The notes: generated from the sequence alone by a model not told the origin. A DNA stretch of 64,000 nt from Lingula anatina (GCA_051362555.1 CM120646.1:19778001-19842000), one strand, 5' to 3'. Positions 36,801 to 51,410 are shown, counted from the first letter of the stretch. A program made the numbers and translations.

Positions 36801-38178
36801 GGTAGATCGGTCGTTACATGTTCCAACGTTCGAATTTTTAAAAAATTTTTTTTGTTTGAAGAGACACCCAAGTACATTAAAAATTTGCAAAAAAAATTGG
36901 GGGTCACCGACCAAATAAGAGAACTACGCCCAGATATGTTACACCCTGCATATCGCACTAGTCCCCATTCAAATCAATGGGAAAATGGGTATTTTTTCAC
37001 TAAAGCATTATTTTTTATGACTTTCTGACGTTTGAATTTTTTAAAAAAACTTTTTGTGTAAAGAGGCTTCCAAGTACATTTAAATTTTGCAAAAAAAATT
37101 GGGGGTCACCGACCAAATAAGAGAACTACGCCAAGTTGAAGCGCATTACACCCTGCGTGACGCACTAATCCCCATTCAAATCAATGGGAAAATGGGTGTT
37201 TTTTCACTAAAGCATTATTTTTTATGATTTCTTGTTTTGTGTGTGTGTGGAGAGACATCTAAGTACATTTAAAAATTTCATTATGTTTAACAGTTAAAGT
37301 GAGTATACTCAGCTATTTTCAGATTTGTCATACTGATGAGGTGTAAGCCATTAACTTTACAACAAAATTATTGAAGAGAGTAATAAGGGAAATACTCATG
37401 CATATGAAAATAGTTTATTGTTGTCGCTGTTGTTAATTAATGAATATAACATGAACGTGACATCGTAAACGCTGTGTTGTCAAGTAAAATGAAGCGTCTG
37501 ATACAAAGTATCAAATGCGGCATTCACGTGCTTGCTTGCGGTGCGTTCAGTACACTTTGTTTACACTGACAAGTCAAGGTCAGAAGTGCACAATTTTTCT
37601 GTATAATATAACGCAGTTTCAATTTTGATTAGTGAATTTTCTTCAAGCTGTATGGCCATTTTCTGAGCATTTGTATAAGCTACGAAATATTCCTCAGCCC
37701 AAATTTCTCTAAGTCCAAATGAGTGGCGTTACGACGCACTTCCGGTTTTCGTCGAAATCTAAGCTACGGTATGCAGCACATTCAGGGCGTTCTACCTCAA
37801 AATGTACGCAGCCGCTTTGATTGGAATTTACAACACTTATTCTTTACATGATATAGCACCTACTGCATAATTTGTGAGCTTTAGCTGTCGTACATTTTCT
37901 AGTGCCAAATCAAATTGGAGATGGAGCTATTCCGACGATTTCTTGAAAGGCAAGTCTATGAACGTGCTACAGTTGTCGTATAGAATCATAGTCGACAAAC
38001 GTTGTTGAAAATCTGTATCGATCATACAGAGTTACATACAAGTTGATAATGTGTGTTTATCTTATAGATAACTGTTTTATTCCCTCAAATTGATAAAACA
38101 GACCAAAGTGTCGTTAGAGACGATTGACGATGCGCTGAAATTGCGCAAATCGTCAAATTACGTAACGACCGATCTACC
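36801..38178. mobile_element. 1.38-kb non-autonomous TIR element (TTAA TSD, Kolobok-like) with internal ~200-bp tandem duplication
   Basis: TTAA|GGTAGATCGGTCGTTAC ... GTAACGACCGATCTACC|TTAA, a perfect 17-bp TIR; internal repeats at about 36827-37020 and 37028-37226. Confidence 0.92.
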
Positions 38179-39585
38179 TTAAGAACATAATATTGTTTGC
38201 TTAACATAAAGAATTCCTGAAACGATTATTCAATTTTTAAAAGTTTTATTTAATGCATTTTGTTTATGGTTAATTTAAGCAATTAGATGGAACTGAATTG
38301 GATTTTTAATATGGATAAGGTGAATGAAGTGGTGCTAATTTATTATATTATTATATGAATGCTTTATTATATACACTGTACATGGCCAATAATAAAATTG
38401 ATTACTCTTTTGATTTTTGTGTGTATTATTTTATTTAAACAAATCCAAAATTCTTGAATATGAAGAATGTTTATCTTGTGATTTATAAAAAAAAACATAC
38501 ACATACGAATACACAAAAAGAATAAAAGAATGATTGCCTATGTGTGTATATTAATTCTGTTTATTTTCAAGTCTATTTCAATCATGTTGAGAACTTCAGA
38601 CAATATTTTAAAAGAATTTGCTTACAAAAATAGCCACTATATTAGCACAGAAAGACTAGGTGATCTTTGAAATCTGACAAAAAAATAGTTGGACGGCAGA
38701 TATAATTATCACAAAGGTAGACATAATGTGCATGCGAGTTACGAAATACCTGTGTAAGTTCTCCAGTGTTTAAATACACTGATAGTCTATCATCAGACAG
38801 GTCTAATACATAGCAAATATATTAACACCAGAGTTTCTTGTTTAAAAACACTCTTGTAATCATGCAGTAAATGTTAACAGAGTACCAAAACTGGTTTGAT
38901 AGAACATATTTACCTATCACAGAAACTATCATACTTAAACGAATCAGGTGGTTGAGATATTTCAGCCACATATTTGTGAATTACATCAATGGATATCTGG
39001 CAATTCCCACATCTATATATAAAAACTGCTTATGAATTTTTTGTGCTATATATAAAACTATATACACAATGGATTTATACAATGGAATTCAGTGAGTGCA
39101 ACAGATGATACAATATATTTATATACAATACATTTAAGTCTTCACACAGCTTGAATGACTAGACTACTGCCAGTGTATATAATTTTTGTCATTTCACACA
39201 AAAACAAATAATAACAATGATGAAAACAAAATAAGAATCACAAAATTCTCTACTTGGGTTTTTCCATAAATTGTTCCATTTTCAATTTGGTGAAAATCTT
39301 TCTATGGCAAGTAAACACACTTATGACAATTTAAAATAAAATATATACAACGTACACAGAAGTCCACAACAATTCAGCTGTATTGATAGGGCTGTAGTAG
39401 GATTATTGCTTGACAGATTGATTGGAAGCCATAAATTGGATCAATTTAAATATGTGATGTACCAAGTGTTACAGCCCACCAGTGTGGTAGTTGTGACAAA
39501 TGTGTTACAGTCCACCAGTGTGTTAGATGTGACAACACAGCTGAAATGGCATTATTATGTTACATCCAGTGTTGTTCTGCCAACA

Positions 39586-42500
39586 TCACTGAACAGAGTC
39601 CCACTGCAGTCGGTAACGCAGGAAACCTTTCTGAGCCAATGAACTGTTCACGTTCCTCTCTACTTCCTCAGCGACCGCCTTCTCTTCCCGGTGACGCTCT
39701 TGTAATCTTTGTATATAACCATAATCCAGTGGAACTTGTCCATTCTGTTGTCCATTTCTGGGCGAGTATTCAACCTTGCCATTCAGCTGGCTCTGCTGGG
39801 GCCGAGATTTTGACAAACTATTAGTCAGACCATTTGAATGATTCCCACCATCAAACTGTCTGAAATTTTTCTTTTGTAATTTATTCTGGTACCTGTAGTT
39901 GCTTGGTTCTGGTGACTCCGTCACCGTGGGAAGGTTAGAGTTTCGTGGGGACCTATACACAGCGTTGTCTAGAACGTCGTTTTTCTCTTGCTGATGGCGG
40001 CTGTGGAGCTGTTCTACATGATTAATCTCCTGCACGTGGCTCTCAGCCTGGTTGTACAAGGCAGGAGAACTGACCTCTGGAGGAGTCTCTGAGTCCCCCC
40101 TGGTCATTACCTTTGGCTTGGGAACAGTCTTAGCATACTGCAGTGCCTGGGAGGAAATTTGAGCACAAAGACATGAATATAAACACTCCACTCCACACAA
40201 CAGTGCAGTATTATGTTAATTAATATTTAACGGCATACTGCTGTCACTAACAATAAATACCTCATATCAATACATACATAATATTTCTTGTATAAACATC
40301 TCATAAAATTTGTAATGCCTTAAAAATCTACATACTAAAAGTGTATGTATTGTTAAACAGTTGTCATGTTTTGAGTAGCACCAGCACCTTTCAATGTAAA
40401 ATGCAGAGCCAAAAATTAAGGAAAGAAAAAAAAAAACATAAAAATAGACCACCTTAAGTTATCAGTAGGTGCTACACATTTTTCATTACAGTTTTGTTTT
40501 TAAAAAAAGTATTATGCTCAATCTAATGTCACTTCTTATTTTCTAATGGGTTTTTAAAATGTAACCTTCCAATCATGAAGCAAGACACTTATATGGCACA
40601 ATATGGACACAGTGTTAGTGAGCAATATCATTTGTGCTAAAGCCGTTTGGTTTTGGCATGAGGACCAAATGGAAGTTTGCAAGGTGGTGAACTACATATA
40701 TCCCATGCCGGGTGAGAATCAATATGTGGGGAATGCTGAGTATGGAATCTTTACAGATTCCACAGTACTGATTCTTAATTAAGTCTGATGCTGTTTCAGT
40801 TCTGCCACCGCCCGGCGTTCGCTGTCATGACGCTCTTTTAGCCTCATTAAATCCTCCATCTCCTGTTCAGCTGTTTTAGAGCTGGCGGCTCTACTGGGAG
40901 ATTGCGGCTGCACGGATCCTGCCCTGCCTGCAGCTATTTCGTAGGAATTAAATTCTGTAGGATGCCTAGAAGCAACCTGGGGTTTGGGAACACTCTTTGC
41001 ATACTCCATAGCCTAGAGAGCCAAGGGAAAACAAAAACAGAGGGATAATGCACAACAACAAATGCACTCATAAATCGTAAATAAAAACATTTACTGACAT
41101 ATGTCTTAGATAATGCACACAATATTACAATATATTTTTAAGTCTGACAAATCAAAATATAAATCATTTCAACGGGCCAGTATTATTATTACAAAACAGA
41201 TATGTGGATGACAATATCTCTAAATGATGAAAGAAAGAAAAAGGAACAATAAAAAAAATAATAAATAATATTCTAATCATATCACTATAAATATATATAA
41301 AAAATAATCATATATAAAACAATACATAACATCTAAATCAAAGCTAACAAATATATGACAATAAAGGAAAAAAAAATCAACACCAGTGCACATGCAGTTA
41401 GGAACATTCTAGCTGTTTTTCCAGTACTTGTTCCAATGGTCTCTAACAAAAACCCCCATGTCTGTGCTGTCAAACTCTTCCATATTCCTTGCACGTCAAG
41501 TAGTCCATCCACCATTCTCAAATATATCAAACTGAGGCAGAGCTTTCACTCACATTAACAGATTAACACGCCTCCTCCTGGTGTTGAGTAGAATACTGGA
41601 GATTATATGAGTATGTGGGAAACAAGAGGAGGCATGTTTACCTGTTAATGTGATTGCATTCAGTGCAAGACCCCATGGAGCTCGATCTAGTTAGAACAAT
41701 AGCTTCATTGGGCATGGGCCGTTATACAGTGCCGTTTGTGGACATGACAAAACCAGAAAAAAAAAGACTCACCAGTTTTCTCCTGTTCATAATGTCCTCC
41801 TTTTCCTTATCTTCCGCAGTCCCTTGTGGACGAGGTCTTCCCGGTTTGAAAGTTTGTTTCTGTTGCTCCTTCACCTGCTTGGCATACTGTAACTGCTTCT
41901 GTCTCTTCTCCGTCTGAAATGTGTGCCACAAACATCCATCTAAAATCTTTCTTGGTACTAGCATTGAGTACAACTATATACATGCTTTTTTACAAAGCAC
42001 AGTAATATGACTACAAACTGCATATTGTGCACAGGTTGATTTCCACAATGTGAAAGCTGGCTAGTTGGCAGACTTCATATGAAAATACTGTCCATGTAAC
42101 TTAATACAGATACATAACACACACTTTGAGAGAGTAGCAAATTCCCCCCCCCCCTTGCCCCTCCAACCCACTCCTTATCGTTTATCTCTCTGGGTCTGAA
42201 TCTACTGCCCTTTGCTCTCAGGGTATACTTACCCTCTCCCTCAGGGTCTGGTTATCCAGATCAGGCCCCAGTCCTCCTAGCTGTATCTCTTTCTTGAGCT
42301 TCCTGTAGTCATTGATAGTGTAGGCCTTGTACTCCCCCTTGGGCTGCTTCTGTTTCTGGAAGGCCTCCATGTAACTGCCCTCATCACGGGGGGACTGCTT
42401 GTCTTCTGCTTCTTAAAAAACAATAATAACAGAAATTATAACAAGTTTTAAATTATACATATAAAAGAATAGATAAAGCTGTTAACTATTTAGCACTGAG

Positions 42501-43135
42501 AAAATAGCAGGATAAAGCAATCAGGTACAATTTTTACAAAATTATAATAAAAGAATGAATGAAGTATAACAAACTGTTTAACTTTTTATATTCCCCAATT
42601 TTTTCACATAACTATAATTCATGATCACTCTTCAACATCATTAATGGACAACAACAGACCCTCCCACCAAATACAAACTTACTTTTCCCGTGGCTGCCAA
42701 TAGGTGGCAGTGTTTCATAGTGGTGGGCACCATGGACCTCTGGGTGGGTGTGTCTCAGACGAGGAGGCTCATCATCGTAAAAGTCCCTAGGTGGTCCCTG
42801 GAAATGAAATATTATCTTCATAAATGACAAATATTTTTTCACTATGTGGCACTGTCAGTACCACAGCAAGCACTATAATGTAATAAACATATTATTATTT
42901 CATTAAGACCTGCTTACCACACACAAAACTTACTTCTAAGCTCTATCACATTTGTGTACAGATACTTTTTCTCACTTATCATTCCAAATGACTCAGGCAA
43001 TATTTTGTGTACATGATTTATTATTCAGTTACCAATGATTTATTATAAACACAATTGCTTTAGTGCAGTTCACAATAAATATGTAATGCTCTACCCTTGG
43101 CAACCATGGCAACATGTTAATAATCATGTAAAATC

Positions 43136-43176
<41 letters not shown>

Positions 43177-46100
43177 CTCTCTCTGTTTACCTGACTGTGC
43201 TGCCAGGCATACTGTCCATGTCTGGAGTCTGCATACTGCTGCCCAGGGGGGGCACCTTGCCTTGGAGTAGCATAGTGATACTGCTCTGTCTGCTCCTCCC
43301 AGCCTGGCTGTGGTACGGGAGGGGGTCTATGCTGGGGGTAGTAGCCTCCCTGGGGGCCTTGCTGGTACTGTGGGCCCTGCTGGAGAGGGCCCACAGGGGC
43401 CAGATGGGCCTGTGGGATGGGCCCCACTGGCTGATGTATTGCACGGTTGTGGGAGAACTGGTCTGAGAGATGGGACGGGTATGAAGGCAGGGGTCCCATG
43501 GGTCTGTCCCGGTTCTGGGATTGCACCAAAGGCCCAACAGGGGGAGGGGTGATCAGTTTGAGGTTTATATCCACGCTGACTCTTTGACCGTCATCTGTCC
43601 ACAGAGTCTGGGTGATGGGACGGATATCGAGAGAAACAGACTCCCGACTGCCAACCGATGCACGCCTCACTGGTACAGGCACTGGGTCAGGGTCCACCGT
43701 CGCCTCTTTAGGAACAGTGGGACGGTGCTGAAGTGGCTCAACAAAATGAGGCTTGGATTCCCTGAAATTTATCTTACTTTCGCTTGGGAACTTCCGCAGA
43801 CCATTTTTTACAGAACCTGTATTCTTACCGAGTCCTGCCGTGAGACTTTTCTCCTTTTTCTGTGACAGCATCTGAGATCTTTTTGACCATAAGTCTTCAG
43901 CTGAGGAAGGCTTTTGTTTTAGACTTTTAGGAGCATCCTCAGGAGTAGCTTTTACAGGTGTTACTTTGCTGTCTGCAGAGTAAGGTTTTGGCTTCAGGTT
44001 CTTTTTCACAGACTCAATTTGTTTGACTTTGCCAGATTGTGTTTTGCCCTCAGTAGGCGCTGAAAGTCTGGGTTTTAGTCTTGGCACTGGCATGACAGCC
44101 ATTTCTTTCTTTTCTTGAAATTTCTGTCCATAGGTCTTTTTAGGAGCTCCTTCATTTAAAATTTTCCTATTTCTTTCTATAAAATCAACTTGGTTTTGGT
44201 TCTTAGATGGACTCCTTTCTCCCCTTGATGGCTGACCTGACCTTTGACCTCCATCCATCCCATCATCCTCTGCCTGTGGATCATCAGCATACTGGTAATA
44301 CTGCTGCTGTTGTACAGACGAAGGGCCATTCTGTATGTATGGCCCTTGAGAAACATAGCCCTGACCTTGTGGGCCTGATTGGCCATAACCTTGACCTCCC
44401 TGGTCATAGCCTTGACCTTGTGGAGCAAACTGTCCATAACCTTGACCCTGTTGGTCATAAACTTGACCTCGAGGGTCATAAACTTGACCTTGTGGCCCAG
44501 GATGGCCATAAAACTGTTCCTGTGGTATGGACTGGCCATACTGATTAAGAGGTCTTACAGGTTGGCCACTGTAAGTCCCTGAATATTCTCTGTAAGAATC
44601 TCTTGGAGAGGGCTGTGGAGCCTCCCTGTAAGATTCTGGATAAGCAGCCTGAGGTGGCTCTCTATAAGAATCTCTAGGTGAGGCACCAATGGGTTCCCTG
44701 TACAAGTTCCTAGGAGAGGCCTGAGGGGGTTGGTTAGACTGGAACTGACCCCTGAACTGACCACCATAGCTGTGATCAGGGTTTGCATACATCTGTGGCT
44801 CATAGTTATTGTGTGACTGTGGAAGCATGGATTGTGGAGGTGGTGGACGTTGGTCACTGTAGAACTGGCCATCTGGGTGTGGCCTTTGATATGCTGGATG
44901 AGGTCTACGGTCATCTGGGTGACCCATTTGGACATAACGGTCATCTGGTGGCAGGTTTCTGTTGTAATGGTCAAGGTGTGGACTCTGGTAGTATTGGTCA
45001 TCTTGTGCTTGTCTCTGGTAATACTGGTCGTTTCTGCTATACCCATCATCTGGTGGCAATGACTGAAATAAAAAGAAATATTCACATTATGGAAAATTCT
45101 CACAAATATATGTTTGTTTTCATTTCAGAACAGTTCAATAATACAGGTCACAAGACATGACAAAGACATTACAGGACTGCTTTAGCTTACTACTGCTAGA
45201 TTATGATAATAAGAAAGCCCTAGCCAGCAATTTGCACAGCATAAGAACCAGGTTCATATATACTGGGGTAGCGCTAGCAATTTTTTTTGCTTAGCCAAAT
45301 CATCACTTTTTTTGTCAATTTGTTACCCAAATGGTTATAGTTTGACTAAAATAAGTCAAATCAAGCCCTTTTTGTTTAGCCAATTTTAGTCAGTTTTAGC
45401 ATTTGGGGAGTGTTAGCGCTACCCCGGATATATATATGACAGATGATTAAAGTATATATTGGCATTTTCTAAATACCAACAATATTTCTCAATAAGATTA
45501 AAAAAAAAAATCCAGCTGAGTACTCCTATATACATTATAACACTGACTTTCTTCTTTGTAAAGGGATTAAGTAAGCTGCAACATAAATCCATAAATCAAT
45601 ACCAAACAAACCTGATATTTATCAGGATTACTCCTGAGTGCATATTGGTCCTGCTCAAACTGTCTCTCATGCTGGTCTCGTCGTGGTGGCATGACATCCT
45701 CCTCGGGCTGTGAGCCACGGTGGTAACCACGGGAACGGGATATTCTACCTCCGTAGGTCAACTGTTCTGAAGAGGCATCCCTGACGGCGTCCTGACGCAC
45801 CATTCTCTGTGGGTGGACTGGCTGACCAGTGGCGTGACTCTGGCCAGTCTCCTGGACGGGGTGCCTCTGCTCATAATAGGCCTCTGTTCTTGACTGGTTT
45901 TGAGCCACATGTGGTGACCTCTGGTGGCCAAGGGATGACCTAAAGTCATGACTTTCCCCCATGTCGTCTATGCTGTCTCTACTAAAGTCTCGTTCTCGAA
46001 CATGACCTTGACCCTCATCTGGAAGCTGTTCATCATGATCCTGAGGGAACGGAGTCCTGCGCATTTGCCGACTCGTCCCTGTATCTTGAGTGTTAGGGTC

Positions 46101-47588
46101 ATAATGAACACGAGATGCTCGGCTAGTCTGACGTATATGGTCATCATCTGGATCATCCAGGCGTGAAAACGGAATAGGTGGTGGGTTTTTCCAACTAAGA
46201 TCATCTGTGGGTTTAGGCTCTTCCTTTCGATATGTGCCCCCACCCTGTTGGGCCTCAGCATCTAAAGAGTCTTGCAGAGCTTCACTGTTCCAAGTCTCCT
46301 GACCTCTGTCATCTCTCAAGGACAGGTCAAGGTCATCTTCCTGGTTAAAATCCAAAGGAGGTATTTGTGTGTCATGTAAAGACTTTTCCTGCTCATGAAG
46401 CCTCTGCTTCAACATTTGTTGGTATTCCTCCTCGCGTTGGAGATCAGCAGCATCAATGTCTAGTGAATCAGTGGGCCTGGCCTCATCATCATCTTCTTCA
46501 TCCTCTTCTTCCTCATCTCCATCCTCACCCTGGTCAAACTGTGACCTGCTCCCCCCTCTCTGAGCTGCATCCCCAAGTTGCTCATTTTGGAGTCCATTTC
46601 TATTAGACTGCCCATAATTATTGCTAGGGCTGTTTCTATTACTTCCATTGGCAGCTTGTATAGCTGACTGTCTTCTCGACTCTCTCTGATTGGCCGATGT
46701 TTGAGAGCCCTCTCTGTTAGTTTGTCTTCTATTGGCTGAGGTTTGTGTAGGCTGTCTACTAGGCTGTCTTTGATTGGCTGAAGTTTGTGTTGGCTGCCTA
46801 CTAGGCTGTCTCTGATTAGCTGAAGTTTGTGTTGGCTGCCTGCTAGGCTGCCTTTGATTGGCTGATGTTTGACTAAGCTGCCTTTGGTTACCCGCAGGCG
46901 AGAAGTCAGTCCTACTGGGAGTGAACTCCCCAGTATTTGTGGGTGTACCACCATGTTTAACAGGTATCCCACTGTGCTGCTCTCCCTCTACAATTTGTTT
47001 TGATCCAGGCCTGTCATTTTGGCTGTTGTATGTTGGGGTATTCTGACCTTGTCTGCTTTGTATTGGTCCAGCAGGAGTGACGTAAGAGTACTGCCTTGCA
47101 CCCTGGCGACTTCCAGTATTACTCAGCCGTGTATTCTGCCTAGACTGCTGCTGCTGCTGCTGCTGAATGTTACTCACATTCCGTACAGGCAGATCTTGTC
47201 CTCCGTTCTCAATGACACTGGGGTCTTTATGCAAAACTGACCCATTTTGAGTCATGCCATTTCTACTGTTAACACCTACTGTAAGGTTAGCTTGCTCAAT
47301 GTTTTCATCATCGTCATCATCATAATCCTCAATCCTACTGCTGACAAAGCGATACTGGTCATCCTCATCTTCATCCTCATCCTCAAGAACCACTCTCTTC
47401 ACAGGACTGCCTGACATTCTGGACGAGGACGATGTGGGATGCATTTCACCATTTTGTGTGCTGCTGACATTGTCATTACTGTCATTGTTGTCGTTGTTGT
47501 CATTGTTGTCATCTTGCAGTAGAGATGCTAGAAGTTGTGGGTTGCTTGCATGTATTGTGCCATGACTAGATGGAGGGCCGTCTCGCAT
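39586..47588 (-). CDS. JHY: JHY-like protein (jhy homolog / C11orf63 family), long low-complexity N-terminus, two possible last exons
   Basis: Exons 47588-45612, 45062-43191, 42797-42683, 42411(or 42405)-42233 (YRKLKKEIQLGGLGPD), 41913-41773 (KRQKQLQYAKQVKE), then 41012-40779 (AMEYAKSVPKP..LKERHDSERRAV*) or 40146-39586 (ALQYAKTVPKP..LQERHREEKAV). The C-terminal motifs match my recollection of the JHY domain. Confidence 0.8.
41555..41648. mobile_element. small TTAA-bounded inverted-repeat element
   Basis: TTAACAG.TTAACACGCCTCCTC ... GAGGAGGCATGTTTACCTGTTAA; a partial related sequence lies near 20395-20432. Confidence 0.55.
45263..45427. mobile_element. MITE family B, copy 2
   Basis: CTGGGGTAGCGCTA ... 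TAGCGCTACCCCGG, ATATA on both flanks; reverse complement of 7177-7352. Confidence 0.8.
46725..46875 (-). repeat. coding 42-bp tandem repeat (QTSANQRQPSRQPT x3+)
   Basis: Visible in DNA and in ORF 45567..47588. Confidence 0.85.
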
Positions 47589-50500
47589 TGTGGGTTATAT
47601 CCCATAGCATTAACTGAAAGGAAAAGAAAAAAAGACATTCTTTACAATCTAGTATGCATGTACTCATTTTTAAAAATCTACATCAGCAATCGCAAAGTAA
47701 ATTCCAAAATGCAGTTTAAATTGATAGTGAAAAACATTGTGGAAAAAATGTCAGTAAATTCATTGTACTTAAAGGTTTCACATATTCTTACTGATAAAGT
47801 AGTGTTTACTCAAAGCCATTAACAACGAAAAAATGCTCTGTTATAATTGAACACCTCACTTATCTTAGAAGTGCTCAATGCCATTTAAAAACCAAACTTT
47901 CCAGACTTAAGCTGAATTTCAAACAAATAGTACTAGACTGAGCAAACTTGAGACTTATTTCGAACAATTTTGAAATTTTACAACTGAATGCTTTTAAGTG
48001 TTATTTGTCTGCATTTAACTATCTAATGGAAAACACTTGAAAAATGTTGATTGTAAGCGTGCTTAATACTGCCATAAAACCATAATTATAGTTCTTATTT
48101 TCTCTTTAAGATCCATAATAGACACTTTCGGTCTCTGCTACACTTAAAGAGGGCAATGAATTACTAGTACCAAAACACACAGCTAATGCAAACAGTTTAT
48201 CATTCTTAATCTATCAGAACTATGTCCCAAAAGGCATGTATAGTACAGAAAACAGTCCATAGGTGCACATGAATCATAGCCAAGTGACCCATAGAAACCA
48301 CTAACATTACAAAATGAACACTTTTTATCATAATTTAAGTTTCAAAATAACAACTTTTGTATCTCACAGTACAAAATGCTCTTGCACAACTTACCATATA
48401 ACAATCTGTAAAGATATTAACACTTATGTGCCGCAATGTAATTCCCGAGACTTAGACAAATTAGTGAGTTGTTTGTTGGCAAGAACAACATCTCCACTCT
48501 CACCTTCCGACTGTGAATTATTTAGCAGAAGAGAGAATCAATAACAAACACTTTAGAAGAGGGGATAGATCAATCATATATCTAACCTACCATGGTGACA
48601 TTCTCCACTGAAAGGGGACATAGATTATACATACATGCATGGCTCTACTTAAATCTTGCAGTGCCCTACCATGCATAGCTAATATTGACTATTGATTATC
48701 CATGGCTGTGACTTTCATTGATCAATAAGAATACCAGAGAACATGTATGGTAAAGAGCAGAAGCCCTCCCTGAGATATCAATAACCATCCACTCCATTTC
48801 ACGTCAATGCATGGTGATCACGGTAACGATTATTCAGTTCGATACAACGGGACACGTTAATTAGAGTTATTCACCGGTATGACCACCGCAGATATTCCGG
48901 ACAAGGGACTGGCCTCCGTTATTGGTCTTCACAGTGCAGTCTCGAGGGAGACCCCCTCTGGGCAGTGAATACAGACATGTAATACACACCTTTGTCAACA
49001 GATACCCTTTTTTTCTATTTTGGTGAATAATCAATGATCAGAGTTCAGCACTGAATTATTCAGTTCACTGTCTAAAAGCTGAATAATTATCAATAGAAAA
49101 AACTTATATGAGCTACTGGAAAACAAACTGTAAATGAAATAAGCCATGCTTTAAAAGAGTGCTTGCTGGGAGGCTTTGAACCAATTCAACAGTAAGCACA
49201 CATGTATGAATTGCAAAATGAAATAGATAACTGGCAAAATGATATGAACTTCAACCTGGGAAAAACCTGCATAAAACAATAAGCTATGCCATGCTCTTTT
49301 CCACACTAATCTGGAAATGTATGACTGCAGAACAGAGCACAGCATGGCCTAGGCTTTTCTGCTAGGTTTTCTGCTCAAACCATGGTTAAATTTTTGTTTG
49401 AGCAAAACCAATACTTAACAGAAAAAAAAAAAAAATTTATACTGCAATGTACAATCAAATTCATCGACCACACAGTGTATATATTATATGCCAAGGTAGG
49501 TAAACATAAATGTCCAAAACAGATTTTTGCAGGACAAAAAAAAGAAAGGGATGTCTATTGTTAAAATGTAATAACATGTCTTCTATACTGTTACAACTGC
49601 ATGGCTTAAAATACTAAGAACAATATTTTTGTGCCTATTTGACATGGATTGAAAAATCTTTATGAAAACAAGACTATCAATACCTTTAAAAAAACCTTGC
49701 TCAAAAACAAATATTTATATCTTATTTCCTGACAATATCTTGATCAGTGGATTCTTTTTAAAATATTGATTCAGAAGGAAATCTTGATAGAGACATAGTC
49801 TTGTCTATTTACTTATTTATTCTTTCCCAGAAAATGGTTACGAAAAGAGAAAGATAAATAAACCTATAATATAATTACAAATGAGGCCTACTAGTAATCG
49901 ATTTGTAAGGAAGGTTATTGCTAAATGGAAAAGATTCTGCCACTGCAATTTTGATGAAAATTGCAAGAGTAAATATGAACAAGATATTGACTTATGAAAA
50001 GAGATTGGTGAGGGGGAATCCACCTCATTTTTGAGAGGAAGCATCCCAAAATATGTCACTTAAATACCACTGAACTCAATGGAGATTTTGCTTAATTGGT
50101 CCTTCAATGACAAAAATGTGTAAAAGAAAAATTACTGCCCTGACCTAGCAATTCCAATTGATGTACATATACCCGTATGCTTCAGGACTTTGCAGAAGGA
50201 AAAGAAGCTTACAAGATATTACATACCAACAGTCAACCTTGTTTATGAGAAACTCAAACATGCTTTTTAATTGATTTTACACACACAAGAATTACAATGG
50301 AATTGCACTTAGGAAATTGAAATTTAAATGAACCAGGGGTTTTACACATGGACTGCCAATTTCGTTTCCATTATAGTTATATTATACTTTCTATACCAGT
50401 TGTCCAAATTCTACGCAGATAGATACTGAACATTGCCATTTGATGAGATAAGAGAGAAAGGATCTTAATTGACACAGTGGGCCAAGATGGAGGCAAGGCA

Positions 50501-50999
50501 GAGAAAATGATTCAAGAAATGGGAGTTTAAAACTGCAACCCTTTGATTGCAATTGTAAAATAAATAATAATAATTGTAAAATAATATTTTTGTAGTTACT
50601 GAGTACTCCCTGTACTGTTTGTATAAATGTACCAATGCATTTACCCTAAACATAGTATTATAGAGGCTCACCCTTACCACTAATAAACAAATTATCTGGA
50701 TTGCTTATGGGTACTCTCCATGCATTTTCAAATCTCTCACTAGCATATTTATGCTCTGTAAAGCTTCTCATAAGTTACATTTCACAATCCAGACCCTAAA
50801 GATGATAAAACCCTTGAAATAAAACTTTTTAGAAGCATATTTAGTGTTATTATTACTTTCTCCTCAGCCTCCTTGGGTTACCATTGCCAGCTTGAAGCAG
50901 CTGTATTATACATGGCATAGGGCTGCAATACAAAACACCCTATCATACATGTACAGGTAGATGCCTTTCTATTTGACTGGCCAGTCATTTAAAACTTAA

Positions 51000-51336
51000 A
51001 GGGATAATAACTCTTCCTTTCGGCCAAAAAATGAATTTTCCTGGAGTAAACAACAATTTTCCCATACTTACCAATGGTTAATGAATCCATTTTTACATTC
51101 AAAGTTAGTCCTTGGTTTTTTTCTAAAAAGTTTGGTTTTTTGTTAAAATCTCTTAAGAGATTTTAACAGAGTATAGCCATCAATGGAGGTCACGTGGTCT
51201 AAAGACAAGCTCAGATATCAGAATAATAGCTATCACTGCCGTTTTTGTGGTAAAACAGAATATATTATATTTCTATGAGTTATTCACAATGTTTTTATTG
51301 TGAAATATAGATCTCATACGAAGAGTTATTATCCCT
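51000..51336. mobile_element. family A TIR element, copy 3 (perfect TIRs)
   Basis: TTAA|AGGGATAATAACTCTTC ... GAAGAGTTATTATCCCT|TTAA. Confidence 0.92.
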
Positions 51337-51340
51337 TTAA

Positions 51341-51341
<1 letters not shown>

Positions 51342-51409
<68 letters not shown>
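51342..51409. repeat. (TA)n microsatellite
   Basis: Direct. Confidence 0.95.

Positions 51410-51410
<1 letters not shown>

Noticed and set aside
43035-47240. Multiple plus-strand ORFs over the JHY exons
   Set aside because: Antisense shadows of long low-complexity coding exons.
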